The position numbers were made by a program, and so were the translations under genes. Below, in pieces: positions 39,142 through 54,100 of a stretch of DNA of 59,142 nt. Under the pieces are notes generated by a model. That model had not been told where the DNA came from. It did no database searches and was given only the letters and a program-made list of their open reading frames with translations. Source of the stretch: Octopus bimaculoides (taxonomy: Eukaryota); the NCBI RefSeq assembly GCF_001194135.2, contig NC_068981.1, positions 193,700,266-193,759,407 of the forward strand. The letters are read 5' to 3'. Every line of letters starts with the position of its first letter. Within the stretch, counting starts at the first letter, position 1.

Positions 39142-41467
39142 TATAGTAAATCCCAAAAAATGAAGAACAAATACAAAAAACAACACGAGGACATGGTACA
39201 TGTAAAGTATTAGCAGACGCTCAGAGAAGGAAAGAAAGGTGGTTTTACGTTTCAAGCAAAGCTCTTTGTCAGAAACAGAGGAAAGTCTAATAGAAAAGGA
39301 AGAGGGACAGAAAACAAATCGCCAACGGTTCACATGCGGTTACATAAATGTAATGGGTAAAGACCTCCTTTGCTCATGAATGACTGTGGGATTTCACCTA
39401 CAAAGTTCCCCCTCCAACTATATGTCATAATCATCATCATCATCAACTAACATATGCTTTCCATGCAGGCATGGGTTGGACGGTTTGACAGGAGCTGAGC
39501 AGCTGAGGGGATGTTCAGGCTCCATTTCTGGATGTCCTTCCTAACGCCAACTACTTTAAAGAGTTTACTGAGTGATTTTACACAGCACCAGCAAGGGTGC
39601 TTTTTTACATGGCACCAGCACCTACGAACCTGCAACATCATCATTTAACATCTGTTCTTCATGCTGGTCTACCCTGCTGAGTGGTTGGTGTTAGGAAGGG
39701 CATCCAGCTGTAAAAACCTTGCCAAAACTGACCTTGCCTGTGCTTGTGCCACATAAAAAGCACTAAGTCCATCCTGCTGAATGGTTGGTGCTAGGAAGAG
39801 CATCTAGCTGTAAAAATCCTGCCAAAACAGTCACAGAAGTCTGGTGCAGGCTTCTGCCTGGCTGGCTCCTGTCAAACTGTCCCACCCATGCCAGCATGGA
39901 AAGTGGACGTTAAACAATGATGATGATGATGAGAGAACATAGTTTTAGTCTTATAAGAACCACACAGCAGGGTTTATCATGTAGCATACAGAAGAAATAT
40001 ATTAGGGCCCACATAGTGTGGAGGTTACATAATCATTATCATTGTCACAGGCTGGGGTCTGCAGCTGATGACTGATGTCTTCCTTGGGCTGCGTTGTAAA
40101 AATGATTAATAACATTCTCGAACAAATAACAGAAGCTTTAATTACTGCTTGTAGTGTTTTCTGTGTTGGTCTTTTAATGAATACTTATAGCAACAATTAC
40201 ACACTGGGAGAGACATACAACTGGGAGCTACAACAGACTAACTAGTACTTATCGATCTGTGTACCTGGCCTATCACAACTGGAAAAACAATCAGGTTGTA
40301 TTCATGGTGAGAAATTCGGTGCCTTCTGTCTGCCAAAAGCTGGTAGTGAATGAGAATAGAGACATCAAGCAGCTGTCTCAACATTCTACAATCTGCTGCC
40401 TCATCATCTGTGATTACTGCCAAAAGCCATCATTATAGAGGACTCAACGAGAAAGTTACAGAAAGTCGAATCATGCGATGGCGTGACACTGACTTGTTGG
40501 TTGATTAGGTAATCACGTAAAACAACAGCAGTCTCATCATGCTATCTACTTGGCTATCTAATGATTCAGTTTTGAGACTGCTACATCATTATTTAGCATC
40601 CACATTCTCCTTTGCAGCAACACACCTGTTCCTGTCCTCATTCCTAATCTCTCTCTCTCTCTCCAGCTAGGTAACCTTGTACCTCCGCTGCATCAAGACA
40701 CCCATTTCTGTGTCTGTCACACACTAACCTTTCATCATCCGACACAAGATCACTTCATCCAATTCCCTCTCCCCTCTCAAAAGATATTTTTGTCTTGCAA
40801 GGTACTTGGTGACCCTGTCAGTGAAGGTGCCACTTAAAAGCACTCGATCCATGCTGTAAAGTGGTGGGCATCTGGAAGGACACCCAGCCATAAAAAGCAT
40901 TAAGTCCACTCTGCTGAGCGGTTGGTGTTAGGAAGGGCATCCAGCCATAAAGATCCAGCAAAAACAGTCACAGAAGTCTGGTGCAGGCTTCTACCTGGCT
41001 GGCTCCTGTCAAACCATCCCACCCATGCCAGCATGGAAGGTGGGTGGTAAACGATGATGATGATGATTTCTATGTTTGCATGAGTCAGACAGAATCTGTT
41101 GAAGCAGATTTTCTACAGCTGGATGCCTTTTCTGTCATCAACCCTCACCAGCTGCCAAACCTAGCAAACATTTTTCCAAAACCTGGAATTTTTTTTTTTC
41201 ATGGACGATTAGAAATGAACAGCATCAGTCATATAACAATGATACTCGCATATAACACAAATACACACACTCTTTCACTTGTTTCAGTCATTTGACTGTG
41301 GCCACGCTGGAGCACCGCCTTTAGTTGAGCAAATTGACCCCAGGACTTATTCTTTGTAAGCCTAGTACTTATTCGATCAGACTCTTTTGCCGAACCGCTA
41401 AGTGACAGGGACATAAACACACCAGCATCGGTTGTCAAGCAATGCTAGGAGGACAAACGCAGACACA

Positions 41468-41513
<46 letters not shown>

Positions 41514-42049
41514 NNNNNNNNNNNNNNNNNNNNNNNNNNNNNNNNNNNNNNNNNNNNNATATATATATATATATATATATATACATTCATTTATATTTAT
41601 ATAAGGGCATTACTACAGAATAATGCCACAATATAAACGAATAATTATATTCTTGGGAATAGAAATTTCCCTTATGAATTTTTTTACACACTGGCTTCCT
41701 GATAAAATTCTTGTAAAAGATTTTTATCCTTTTTTAAATTTATTAATCATATATATATATACATATATACGACGGGGTTCTTTCAGTTTCCATCTACCAA
41801 ATCCACTCACAAGGCATTGGTCAGCCTGAGGCTACAGTAGAAGACACTTGCCCAAGGTGCCACGCAGTGGGGCTGAACCCGGAACCATGTGGTTGGTAAG
41901 CAAGCTACTTACCACACAGCCACTCCTGCACCTATAAATACAATCCGCTTCTTTCAGTTTCTATCAACCAAATCCACTCGCAAGGCTTTGGTCAGTCTGG
42001 AGCTTTAAAAGAGACTTGTCCAAGGTGCTACTCAATGGCATTGAACCCG

Positions 42050-42105
<56 letters not shown>

Positions 42106-43088
42106 TGTCATCATCATCATCATTTAACATCTGTCTTCTATGCCGGCATGGGTTGGCTGGTGTAACAGGATCTACCAAGCCCCGAGGACTATATCTAACG
42201 TTTTGGCATGGTTTCTATGGCTGGATTCCCTTTCTAATGGCAACCACCTTATAGAACATCCTGGGTGCCTTTTTTTCCATGCCATGGTACCAGTACTAGT
42301 GAGGTATCCCACACTAGGGTATGTTAGGTACCACATAGCAGATGGGCTAAGTACCACAAAGTAGGGTGAGTTAGGTACTACTAAATGAAATATACTTACA
42401 ATCCAAGGAGATGGATGCCAGTAGGGGTAATAATCTCTCTCTTCTGGGCATTCATAGCCTCGTCGAGTGGCAGCTGGATTTTGTCGGGTATAAATTGCTG
42501 TATCTTTTTTGAGTTTCTGAAATAAAAAGAAAACAACATCAATATCATTGCCATCATCATCATCACCACCACCAGCATAACCACCACAACCACTGCTGTG
42601 ACAATCACAATCACCAATCACCACCATAACCACCAGCACCAACACCATCACCACCACCATCATCATCACCATCATTATCCTCACCACCAGCACCATCATC
42701 ACCATCACCACCATCATCATCCACACCACCATCACCACCACCATCATCATCACCACCATCATCACCACCACCACCATCACCACCACCATCATCATCACCA
42801 TCATTATCCTCACCACCAGCACCATCATCACCATCACCACCATCATCATCCACATCACCATCACCACCACCATCATCATCACCACCATCATCATCACCAC
42901 CACCACCACCACCACCATCATCATCATCACCACCACCATCACCACAACCATCATCATCACCATCAGCATCATCATCACCACCACCACCCATCCTCATCAT
43001 TATCCTTCATAGAACTTCACACACCAAACTGTCCTGTTCCTCCATCACAGTCCCAGTTTATCTTCCCATTAGTCAGTTACAAGATGAT

Positions 43089-43127
<39 letters not shown>

Positions 43128-45290
43128 ACTAACAATAAGCTGACATATTGAATAATCTTTTCTAATCTAAGCACAAGGCCTAGAAATACCGCTAAGCATT
43201 TCTCCCGATGTGCTAATGTTTCTGCCAGCTCACCACCTTCATAGTTTTCAATCTTTTCTACTCTAGGCACAAGGCCCAAAATTTTGGGGGAGGAGGGGGC
43301 CAGTCGATTAGATCGACCCCAGTATGCAACTGGTACTTAATTTATCGACCCCAAAAGGATGAAAGGCAAAGGCGACCTCAGCGGAGTTTGAACTCAGAAC
43401 GTAGCAGCAGACAAAATACCGCTAAGCATTTCGTCCAGCATGCTAATGTTTCTGCCAGCTCGCCACCTTTGACACATTAAATAATACTGCATTCTGTCTT
43501 TTCTGTTATTTCGCCTGTCCCCTCCTCCTTCACCTGCCCCCAATGAACTCTATATTCTTGAGAGTTTACTTCGGCATCTCTTCAGAACCATCATTGTCCT
43601 CTGCAGTAAGACACTTGTGTCTCTCCCTCTATCATACTTCAGTCCACAAAGCCCAGCATAAAGCCACCGCTCTCTCTACAATTAGTTCACTTAATCAAGG
43701 AGGCTTTTACCTTTCCTTGATTTGCATGCAAGTCACTTGGTGCCCCCACTAGTACAGGTACCATGGAGGGAAAAAAAGGCACCCAGGATGTTCAGTAATG
43801 TGGTTGCCATTAGAAAGGGCATCCAGCCATAGAAACCATGCCAAAGCTAACATTGGCGTTATATGTAGTCCTCAGGGCTTGGTAGATCCTGTTCCTGTTT
43901 TTTTCTATTCTTTTTTGCTTCAAATTTCTTGGATTTGTTTGTCTGTCTGCTAGTCTCGTATTTCTCTCTTTGCATGAATACAAAGAGATTCCTCTTGTTA
44001 ACACTTTTCCAACAATTCATTATAGCCCAAGCCTCTTTACCAAGTGCTACTTAACAGAAGTATCCGCCATAGATAAACAATTCTTAATAACATGCAACAA
44101 AGGCATTCAGAGACCATCCTACGACACTTAAGTCGAATCACGGTAATTAATATTCCATGCTAATACATGCATTAAGATCTACTTATATGGGAGTGTGTGC
44201 ATGAGTGTGTGTGTGTGTGTATGTAAATTTACATGTGTATTATGTATATATATGTATACATATACATGCATATATATATACACATATATATGTACATACA
44301 TATACACATATATATGTACATATATATATATACATATATATATATGCATATATATGTACATATATATATGCATATATATGTACATATATATATGCATATA
44401 TATGTACATATATATATGCATATATATGTACATATACATATGCATATATATGTACATATACATATGCATATATATGTACATATATATATACATATATATG
44501 TACATATATATATACATATATATGTACATATATATATACATATATATGTGCATATATATGTACAAGTATCTTGAGAGAAAAGCTGAACATTAGAAGCATC
44601 AGTTGTGGTGTGCAAGAGAGACGATTGCGCTGGTATGGACATGTGGTGAGAATGGATGAGGATAGCTGCGTGAAAAAGTGCCACACCCTAACAGTTGAGG
44701 GAACCCGTGGAAGAGGTAGGCCCAAGAAGACCTGGGCTGAGGTGGTGAGGCAAGACCTTCGTACATTGGGCCTCACCGAGGCGATGACTACTGACCGAGA
44801 CCTTTGGAAATGTGCTGTGCGTGAGAAGACCCGGCAAGCCAAGTAAGATCGTTGCCAGTGCCCCTGGACTGGTTCTTGTGCGGGTGGCACATGAGATGCA
44901 CCATTTTGAGTGTGGCCGTTGCCAGTACCGCCTGACTGGCTCCCGTAGGATTTTCGAGCGAGATCGTTGCCAGTGCCCCTGGACTGGCTTGTGCGGGTGG
45001 CACATAAAAGACACCATTTCGAGCATGGCCGTTTTCGTGCGGGTGACACGTAAAAGCACCCACTACACTCTCTGAGTGGTTGGCGTTAGGAAGGGCATCC
45101 AGCTGTAGAAACTCTGCCAAATTAGACTGGAGCCTGGTGTTGCCATCCGGTTTCACCAGTCCTCAGTCAAATCGTCCAACCCATGCTAGCATGGAAAGCG
45201 GACGTTAAACGATGATGATGATATATATATATGCATGTATATGTACATATATATACATATATTTGCACATATATATGTACATATATATAT

Positions 45291-45330
<40 letters not shown>

Positions 45331-45964
45331 TTAAGGTAAACAGAAAATGCATATAATATCGATGAGCAGCAACTGATTTGCATCAATTATTTATTTATTT
45401 ATTATTTACAAAAAGACTGCATCCCATCCAACAGCTGTTTCTGCTGTCAACATTCTTTGGTATTACCATTATTATTATTAATGGTATTACCATTAATATC
45501 TCCCTAGGGAGATATGCGTGTGTATCTCCCCATGACTTGATTCTTACCATATTCAACCTTTCCTTCTTCTTTTCTTGTCTCTTCTTTTTATTTATTTATT
45601 TATTTTCCACTCTGATGAAGCTCCATGATTCAAATCGATTTTATTACCAACAATGATATATATTTTTAGCATAATAATGGTAATACCAAAGAGTATTTGC
45701 AGCAGAAACAACTGTCAGACGGGATACAGTCTTTTTCGACATAATTAACAAACAATAATTGATGCAAATTGTTGTTAATCAATGTTATTTTCATTTTCTG
45801 TTTTCTTTAAATTTTGATTCCCAATAAAATCCTTTTTATCCTTGTCTTTACCTATAATTTATGAGCATAACTTATTTGCCCATGTTTAAATATAGGTAAT
45901 ATACTAGTAGTATAATGGATAGCTTTATCCCTTAGACAGTTATTTTAACTTCAAACTCAGCTAA

Positions 45965-46005
<41 letters not shown>

Positions 46006-47923
46006 TGATGACTTGGCCCTCACAGCAGAATCACTACCAGAACTGGAGAAGAAATTTAAGGTGTGGAAGCAAGGTTTAGAATCAAAGGACCTTAGAGTCA
46101 ATGTCGCAAGAGGTGCAGCAACATCAAAGGAAGATTAACCGGTAAGATAGCTTTCGTATGCAGCAGATGCACAGGGGCAATAAACACCACAGATGCTCAG
46201 AAAACAGACTCCATCATATGCCAGGGGGAGAAACTAGAAGTAGTTGATAGCTTCTGCTACCTAGGTGACCAAGTCTGGAGTTGGGGTGGATGCTCAATGA
46301 GTGTTGCCGCTAGAATAAGAATAACCTGGGCAAAGTTCAGACAGCTTCTACCCCTACTGGTGACAAAGGGTCTCTTGCTCAGAGTGAAAGGTAGATTGTA
46401 TGATGCATGTGTGTGAACTGCAATGCTACATGGCAGTGAAACATGGGCCATGACTGCTGAAGACATGCACAGGCTCGAAAGAAATGAAGCTAGCATGATG
46501 TGCTGGGTGTGTGATGTCAGTGTGCACACACGACAGAGTGTAAGTGCCCTGAGAGAAAAATTGGATATAAGAAGCATTGGATGTGGCATGCAAGAGAGAC
46601 ATTTGCGTGCCACGTGGTCATGTACTGCGGATAGATGAGGAGAGATGTGTGAAGAAGTGCCACTCCCAAAGAGTTGAAGGAATCCGGGGTAGAGGTACAC
46701 CCAGGAAGACATGGGATGAGGTGGTAAAGCACAACTTTCAAAGGTTGGGCCTCACAGAGGCAATGATGAAAGACCAAGATCTCTGGAGATATACTGTGAC
46801 TGAGAAAACCCAGCAAATAAAGTGAGTTCACAGCTGAAACCTACACCAGTGTCGTATAATCAACCCACTCAAAAAGTACCTTGGATCATAGGGCGACATG
46901 CTGTGCTTGAAGAGACCTATTGAGTCAAAAACATCAACATCAAAATCAAATCAAATCAAATGGAAATTATAGTTGTGGTCCCATGCTAGTGGCACGTAAA
47001 AAGCACCATCCAAACATGGCCGATGCCAGTGCCGGCTTGACAAGCTTCTGTGCCGGTGGCACATAAAAAGCTTCATCTGATCCTGGTTCATCCCAGCCCC
47101 CTCTGGTCCCTGTGCCAGTGGCAGGTAAAAAAAGCACCCACTACACTCTCGGAGTGGTTGGTGTTAGGAAGGGTATCCAGTTGTAGAAACTCTGCCAAAT
47201 CAGATGGGGTCTGGTGCAGCCTCCTGGGTTCCTAGACCCCAGTTGAACAATCCAACCCATGCCAGCATGGAAAACGGACATTAAACCATGATGATGATAT
47301 ATATATATGTGTGTGTGTGTGCGTGTGTGTGTGTGTGCGTGTGTGTGTGTGTGTATACATACATATAGATAGATATGTACAGACATATATATACATATGT
47401 GTATACATCATCATCATCATCATCGTTTAATGTCCACTTTCCATGCTGGCATGGGTTGGACGATTTGATTGAGGACTGGTGAAACCAGATGGCTACACCA
47501 GGCTCCAATCTGACTTGGCAGAGTTTCTACAGCTGGATGCCCTTCCTAACGCCAACCACTCGGAGAGTGTAGTGGGTGCTTTTACGTATCACCCGCACAA
47601 AGGCCAGTCAGGCGGTACTGGCAACGGCCACACTCAAAATGGTGTATTTTATGTGCCACTCACACAAGAGCCAGTCCAGGGGCACTGGCATGTATACATA
47701 CATGCATATATATATACGTATATACATACATATGCATATACATATATATGTATATGCATACATATGCATATACATATAAATATATATGTATATATACATA
47801 CATATGCATATACATATATACATATATACGTAAAGACATACATATGCATATACATACATATATATATATATATATATACATACATATGCATATACATATA
47901 TATATATATATACATACATATGC

Positions 47924-47960
<37 letters not shown>

Positions 47961-48007
47961 CATATGCATATACATATATACATATATACGTATATACATA
48001 CATATGC

Positions 48008-48046
<39 letters not shown>

Positions 48047-48088
48047 CATATGCATATATACATATATACGTATATATATACATACATA

Positions 48089-48138
<50 letters not shown>

Positions 48139-51100
48139 CATATGCATATACATATATATATATATATATACATACATATGCATATACATATATATATATA
48201 CATATATGCATACATATGCATAGTTGATATATATCTACTGCAATGACAGTTTTTTTCAATAATGAACCAACAATACCATTCATGTCCACTTACTTGGTCA
48301 GCAACAAACAAGCCTTTATTTCTTTCTCTTTTGGCACATGTTAGGTAATATGTGTAATTCTCATGCATGCCATATTGAAAATCGCGATCACAGTCTGCCC
48401 CTTTGCACTGCTTAGTATCGGTCGGTATTGTTCTGTAAGAAGAAGTAGAAGGAAGCTAGAATCCGTTATTGCTTTGAAGTAAAGGACTACCAATTCATAG
48501 AGAGAAAGTCTCTATATGGTTAAATAATTTGCTAGAAATGTCAGCCACATCTCCTCATGTCTTAAAAATGGAGACTTGTGTCATAAATGAAACTGAAATC
48601 CTAGATACAATAAGCTTAAACAAAGATAAATTGTTGTTATACTTGGGGATGGTCATTTTGCCAATCAACACACACACACTTATTTGATCTTTACAATAGC
48701 TTCATTATTATTATTATTATTATCATTAATATTATTACACTTCGCTTATTTGTCAGAGCTCTTTTGTTACACATCTTGCGACCCCTTCAATGATTATCTG
48801 TTTTCCATGTCTCTTCTTCTAGACCAAAGAGAAGAGGAGATACAGAGAAGAACAGACAGTCATTGAAAGGGTCAAAAAATGTGTGACAAATGAACGAGAA
48901 TAAAGTTCAAGTGAAGAGCAAGTAACTAGTGTGTGTGTTTGTTGGCAAAAGATGACCCTCCCCAGATATAACAATATCTCTTTCACCACATAATTTCGCA
49001 TCAGGATCTTGCAAAACAAATCCATAAAGGTTAAAAAGATAAGCTGTTTATGAAACAAGGCAACAACAAATAATAAAGAACAACAAAATTTACAGGGCAT
49101 GTTCATGAATGAAGGAAAAAGTTTATAGATAGGCACAGGAGTGGCTGTGTGGAAAGAAGCTTGCTTCCAAAACACTTGGTTCCGGGTTGTCCTACTGCGT
49201 GATATTTTTGGCAAGTGTCATCTACTCTAGCCTTGGGCCGACCAAAGCCTTGTGAGTGGATTTGGTAGACAAAAACTGAAAGAAGCCTGTTGAGCATATT
49301 ACTTCCTGACTGGTCCCGTGCCGATGATGATGATGATATGTATTTGTGCATGTGTTTGTCCCCACCACCATCACTTGACAACCGGTGTTGGTGTGTTTAC
49401 ATCCCTGTAACCTAGCGGTTCAGTAAAAAAGACCAACAGAATGAGTCCTGGGGTCAATTTGTTCAACTAAAGGCAGTGCTCCAGCATGGCCACAGTCAAA
49501 ATGACTGAAACAAGTAAAAAAAAAAAGAATAAAAGAGAATGTTTCAGACATAATGATTCATTGGATTCAAGAGAGAAGTCAAGGAGAGACGAAGGAGAGA
49601 AGAAAAAAGAGAGACAAAGATAAAAGGAGAAAGAACCAGGAAAAAAATGCCTGTTGGTTAGAGAATATGTGAACTGAAGACACACATTTTTTTTTTTACT
49701 TGATTCCAAAAGGGGTCTCAGGAAGTAGTGTCCCTGCCTTCCTAAGCTAGTTTCCCACCACATGTCTTAAAAATCGTAGTAGAGGCCTTAGTCTCGGGTC
49801 CACTCATGTCTAGAAACTGAAGTAGAAAATCCAGCTCCAAAAAAGGCCTCATGATAGCAAAGGAGAATGGGCACCAACCAGCCCAAAGGTCAGGGTGGGC
49901 TGCACTTGCCTACCTCAGTTGCTATGGCATTGAGGTAGAACCGGCTACTCCTGTTAACGGGGACAAAACCCTGATTTAAAACACTGGATGATGATTCTCT
50001 TCTTTTCTTTTTCATCTTCTTCCTTTTTTTCCTTCTCTTCCTAGTCGCTCTTAGACTTTCCTCTTGTAGCCAATGAAGGACCATGTCCAAAACATAATGC
50101 TTTTACTTTATAACTGTTTTTTTTTCTTTCTTTCAGAGTCAACCTAATAATAAGGGAGTAAAGATTGTTTGCCAACATAACATGGCAGTCCTGGTTTAGG
50201 ATGAATGTTGCTGTAATTTAGCCCTAGGAGACATCGTCTCCAGCTGGCTATACGACATGATCTGTGTCCTTATATTTTAGAACAAGGGAATCTAGCATCT
50301 CCACAGATATTGTTTTGAGCTGAGTGGGGGTGCTAGATTCCCCTGTTCAAAAATATAAGGACACAGATTGTGCCATATAGCCAGCTGGAGATGATGTTAT
50401 CTGGGGCTAAATTACATTAACATTAGTCCTAAACCAGGACTGCCATGTTATTTTGGCAAACAATCTTTACTCCAAAGTACTGTTGCTGAATATCTCTCAT
50501 TGTGAGATTTAAATATAGTAATTTTCTAATAATAATGGTTTCAAATTTTGGCACAAGGCCAACAATTCATGAGGTGGGGCAATAAGTTTATCTCATCAAC
50601 CCCAGTGCTAAACTAGTACTTGTTTCACCAACCCCGAAAGGATAAAAAGCAAATTTGACCTCAACAGAATTTGAATTCAGAACGTAAGAATGGACGAAAT
50701 GCCACTGAGCATTTTACCCTGCATCAGCCGAATAATTTTAGCTGTGAAAATCCTTAGGACATTTTTTCTTGCCATTAGCATTTGCTTTATTGATAAATGT
50801 TCATGTGGACCTTCCACACCTATCTAACCTACACTTTGATATACTTTAACTCTCAGATTATCTTACACCTTGGATATCATAGGCTTACCATCTAGGATTA
50901 CATCAGTTCTTCCCCTTTGATAAGTTGCTTATGGCTTGACTGTCCTTGATCAGGGTCTAGCTCAATGGTTCCCAACCTTTTCACTACCAACGACCCTCTT
51001 AATTTAAATGAATTTTCCCACAGACCCCCAGGACTCTAGGATATGTAAAGGTCTGTCAGCTTAACATGTTCGCAGATCCTCAGTTCCCCAGTACTACCTA

Positions 51101-54100
51101 TGTGGACCACCTGGGGTCAGTGGACCACCTGGGGTCAGTGGACCACAGGTAGGAAACCACTAGTCCAGGTGAACCAGGGCTAAGCACAGTCAAATTACTA
51201 TAATTAAAATTAATAGACTCTAATGGCATCAGCTGATGTAAGCATCATACCCACTTCATCATCTGCTGCTGTGTTTCAGTTTCTGAAGGATAGTAAAGTA
51301 CTTTGTAGCAGAAGGATGTAATGCTTTTATTATGTTTACCTGGGATGAGGTGGTGATTGGGCCCTGGATGACCTGGGATGAGGTGGTGATTGGGCCCTGG
51401 AGGACCTGGAATAAGGTGATGATTGGGCCCAGAAACACCTGGATGAGGTGGTGACTGGGCCCAGGAAGACCTTTGAACGTTGGGCCTCACAGAGGCAATG
51501 ACAAGTGAATGACACCTTCGGAGACACGCTGTGCCTGAGAAGACCCAGCAAGCCAAGTGAGACCATAACTGTGGCCTATGCCAGTACATCATACCAGCCC
51601 ATTTAAGAGTACCCTTCAATCATCGGGCAATAAACGGCATTTGTGAAGACCTGTTGAGTCAAGTGAAGTTATTGTCATGGCCAATGCCAGTACTACCTGA
51701 TTGGCACCCGTGCCAGTGGCACATAAAAAGTATTATTCGTGTGTGGTCAGTGCCAGTGCTGCATGATTGGTCAAAAAGCACCATTCAAGTGTGGTTAATG
51801 CCAGTACTGCCTGACTGGCCCTCATGCTGGTGACACATAAAAAGAACCCACTACACTCTCTGAGTGGTTGGCGTTAGGAAAGGCATCCAGCTGTAGAAAC
51901 TGCCAGATTGGATTGGAGCCTGGTGCAGCCTTCTGGCTTGCCAGTCCTCAGTGAAACCATCCAACCCATGCCAGCATGGAAAGTGGACATTAAACGAAGA
52001 TGATGATGATGTTTAAGCTTAAATACCACAGAATGGGCTCACCAGACCTTTTCTTTCCATCGAGTCACATGATCCAGTGGCTTGCCAAACTAGTTGCATG
52101 TATTGGTCAGTTACTAACTGTTCAATTGCATGTTTGCAACAATTTGTTTTCAATGCGGAAAAGATCACTTTGTCTCTGGAGCCTACCCAGGGTTATAAAA
52201 GCCCTTGTGTTCTGCTTCGCTTGGTCTTTGGCATCAGCCATTGACCACACGCCACGTCTCTTTGGACCAGCATCGATCAACCAGAAATCCAGTCTGTCAC
52301 ACAGCTCTCTTCAACCGGTCTTCTCTGGTCTTCATTGTTACCACAACAGACAGCAGACCATTAGCCACATCAACAGAACCAGCAGAACTGAAGTCATTTA
52401 AATCCTTGTTCCAGGCCGTAATATAACCATTATTCTCTTTTGACAATTCGTATTTTGATAACGAGACGAAGAAATTGTAGCTTGTTCAACTTACCCAAAA
52501 CTTCACATTTATTTCTTTCTCTGTTATAACTTCCTGTGGAGACGCAATGGCGCAATGGCCCAGTGGTTAGGGCAGCAGACTTCCAGTCATAGGATTGCAG
52601 TTTCGATTCCCAGACCAGACATTGTGAGTGTTTATTGAGCGAAAACACTCAAAGCTCCACAAGGCTCCAGCGGAGCAGGGGGGGGGACCCTGCTGTACTC
52701 CTTCACTACAACTTTCTCTCACTCTATCTTTCTGTTTCTGTTGTACCTGTATTTCAAAGGGCCAGCCTTGTCACACTCTGTGTCACGCTGAATCTCTCCA
52801 AGAACTACATTAAGGGTACACGTGTCTGTGGGGTGCTCAGCCACTTGCATGTTAATTTCGCGAGCAGGCTGTTCCATTGATCGGATCAGCTGGAACCCTC
52901 ATCGTCATAACCAATGGAGTATCACAATAACTTCTTCCTACTCCACAGGGATCCATTAAATAAGTGTTTTCCACCCTGCTAGGGTTTTAAAGCTTTGCTG
53001 ATATAATGGAATCATATGAAATAGTTTGATTGTAAACGTGAATACTTATTGAATACTTATTTTATTTGAATTCACTCATTATAGAATATTTTCCTTATTT
53101 CTACTTCAATAAATACATAAAATAATATCAAATGACAGACCAAATTTGGGTAGATCACAGTAAAAAAGTGAAGTCAAAGGGAGATAAGCAAATGTATGAA
53201 ATTAATTTTGGTTCATTAAATCTTAGTCTTTTGATCGTTTCATATGTTCAGGATTTTATTGACAGAAAGAAAAAAAATAGGGAAAATATTCCATAACAAG
53301 AGAATTAAGGGAATGAAAATATTTTATGTATAAATCATTTATGTTTTTACTTGTCTTTGAGAAGTAGACACAGGAAGTTTGCGTGACATGGTAACTAAGC
53401 AGCAGATATAGTTTACTGGCCATGTGCTTCAATAACACAAGAGAGACATGTTACTATCATGAGGAGAAAAGAGACCAGGGAAGTTATGGCACAGTATGTT
53501 CCAGGACGACATGATAGCATTGAGAGTTGACTCAAGTGCAGCCAGGAGGAAGACAAGCGATCAAAATGTCTGGAGGTTTATTGCTTGTTGTACTGACAGC
53601 ACTGGAGAATCAAAGAGCTAAGAGAGAAATATCTTATATGTTTCTCAAATAAGCTCCTTTTTAAAACTGTAAATGTTTTTAATACCATTTCCCTAAGTAT
53701 TTCCTAAGTATTTTTCCTTCAGATATTTCCAAATTCACATGTTTTGATCTTTTGATATCTGGCATTTGGTATGCTGAGATTTGAGTTTTTCAAACTTTCA
53801 GTATTCTGCTTATAAAGTCTCTTCAAATTTGTCTTCCTGACATTCACTCTTATGACTCAAACTCTCTATACTCGATTCTCTGAAGCTACTGAATTCAATG
53901 TGTCTATAAATGGTCAAGATTGGTCAAGTGATCAAGTGACGTAGACACCTCTGATTGGTCAAGTGACATAGACACCTCTGACGAGATCCCAATAATGGTT
54001 GAAAAATCAATTAAGGCTGTCCAGCGTTTCCTCAGTCCACAGAGAAATACATAAATGTGACATGTCCACTACATAAGGTCACATATATTATGCCATATCT

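Larger units (their letters stand above)
5917..41558. other. Seven assembly gaps (N runs)
   Basis: 5917-6700, 11459-11723, 12247-12827, 18068-19039, 22876-22958, 32676-32781, 41514-41558; most border microsatellites or repeats. Confidence 0.98.

Noticed and set aside
42598-43143. Poly-His protein, or Gly/Asp-rich ORF on the other strand
   Set aside because: It is an intronic CAC/CAT microsatellite that is open in several frames on both strands, with no splice or domain support.
44179-48289. YIYI/ICIY-rich ORFs
   Set aside because: They are translations of compound (AT)/(ACAT)/(GCAT) microsatellites.
52545-52620. tRNA gene (also the other tRNA-like heads)
   Set aside because: A and B boxes are present, but there is no complete cloverleaf and each head runs into a SINE body.
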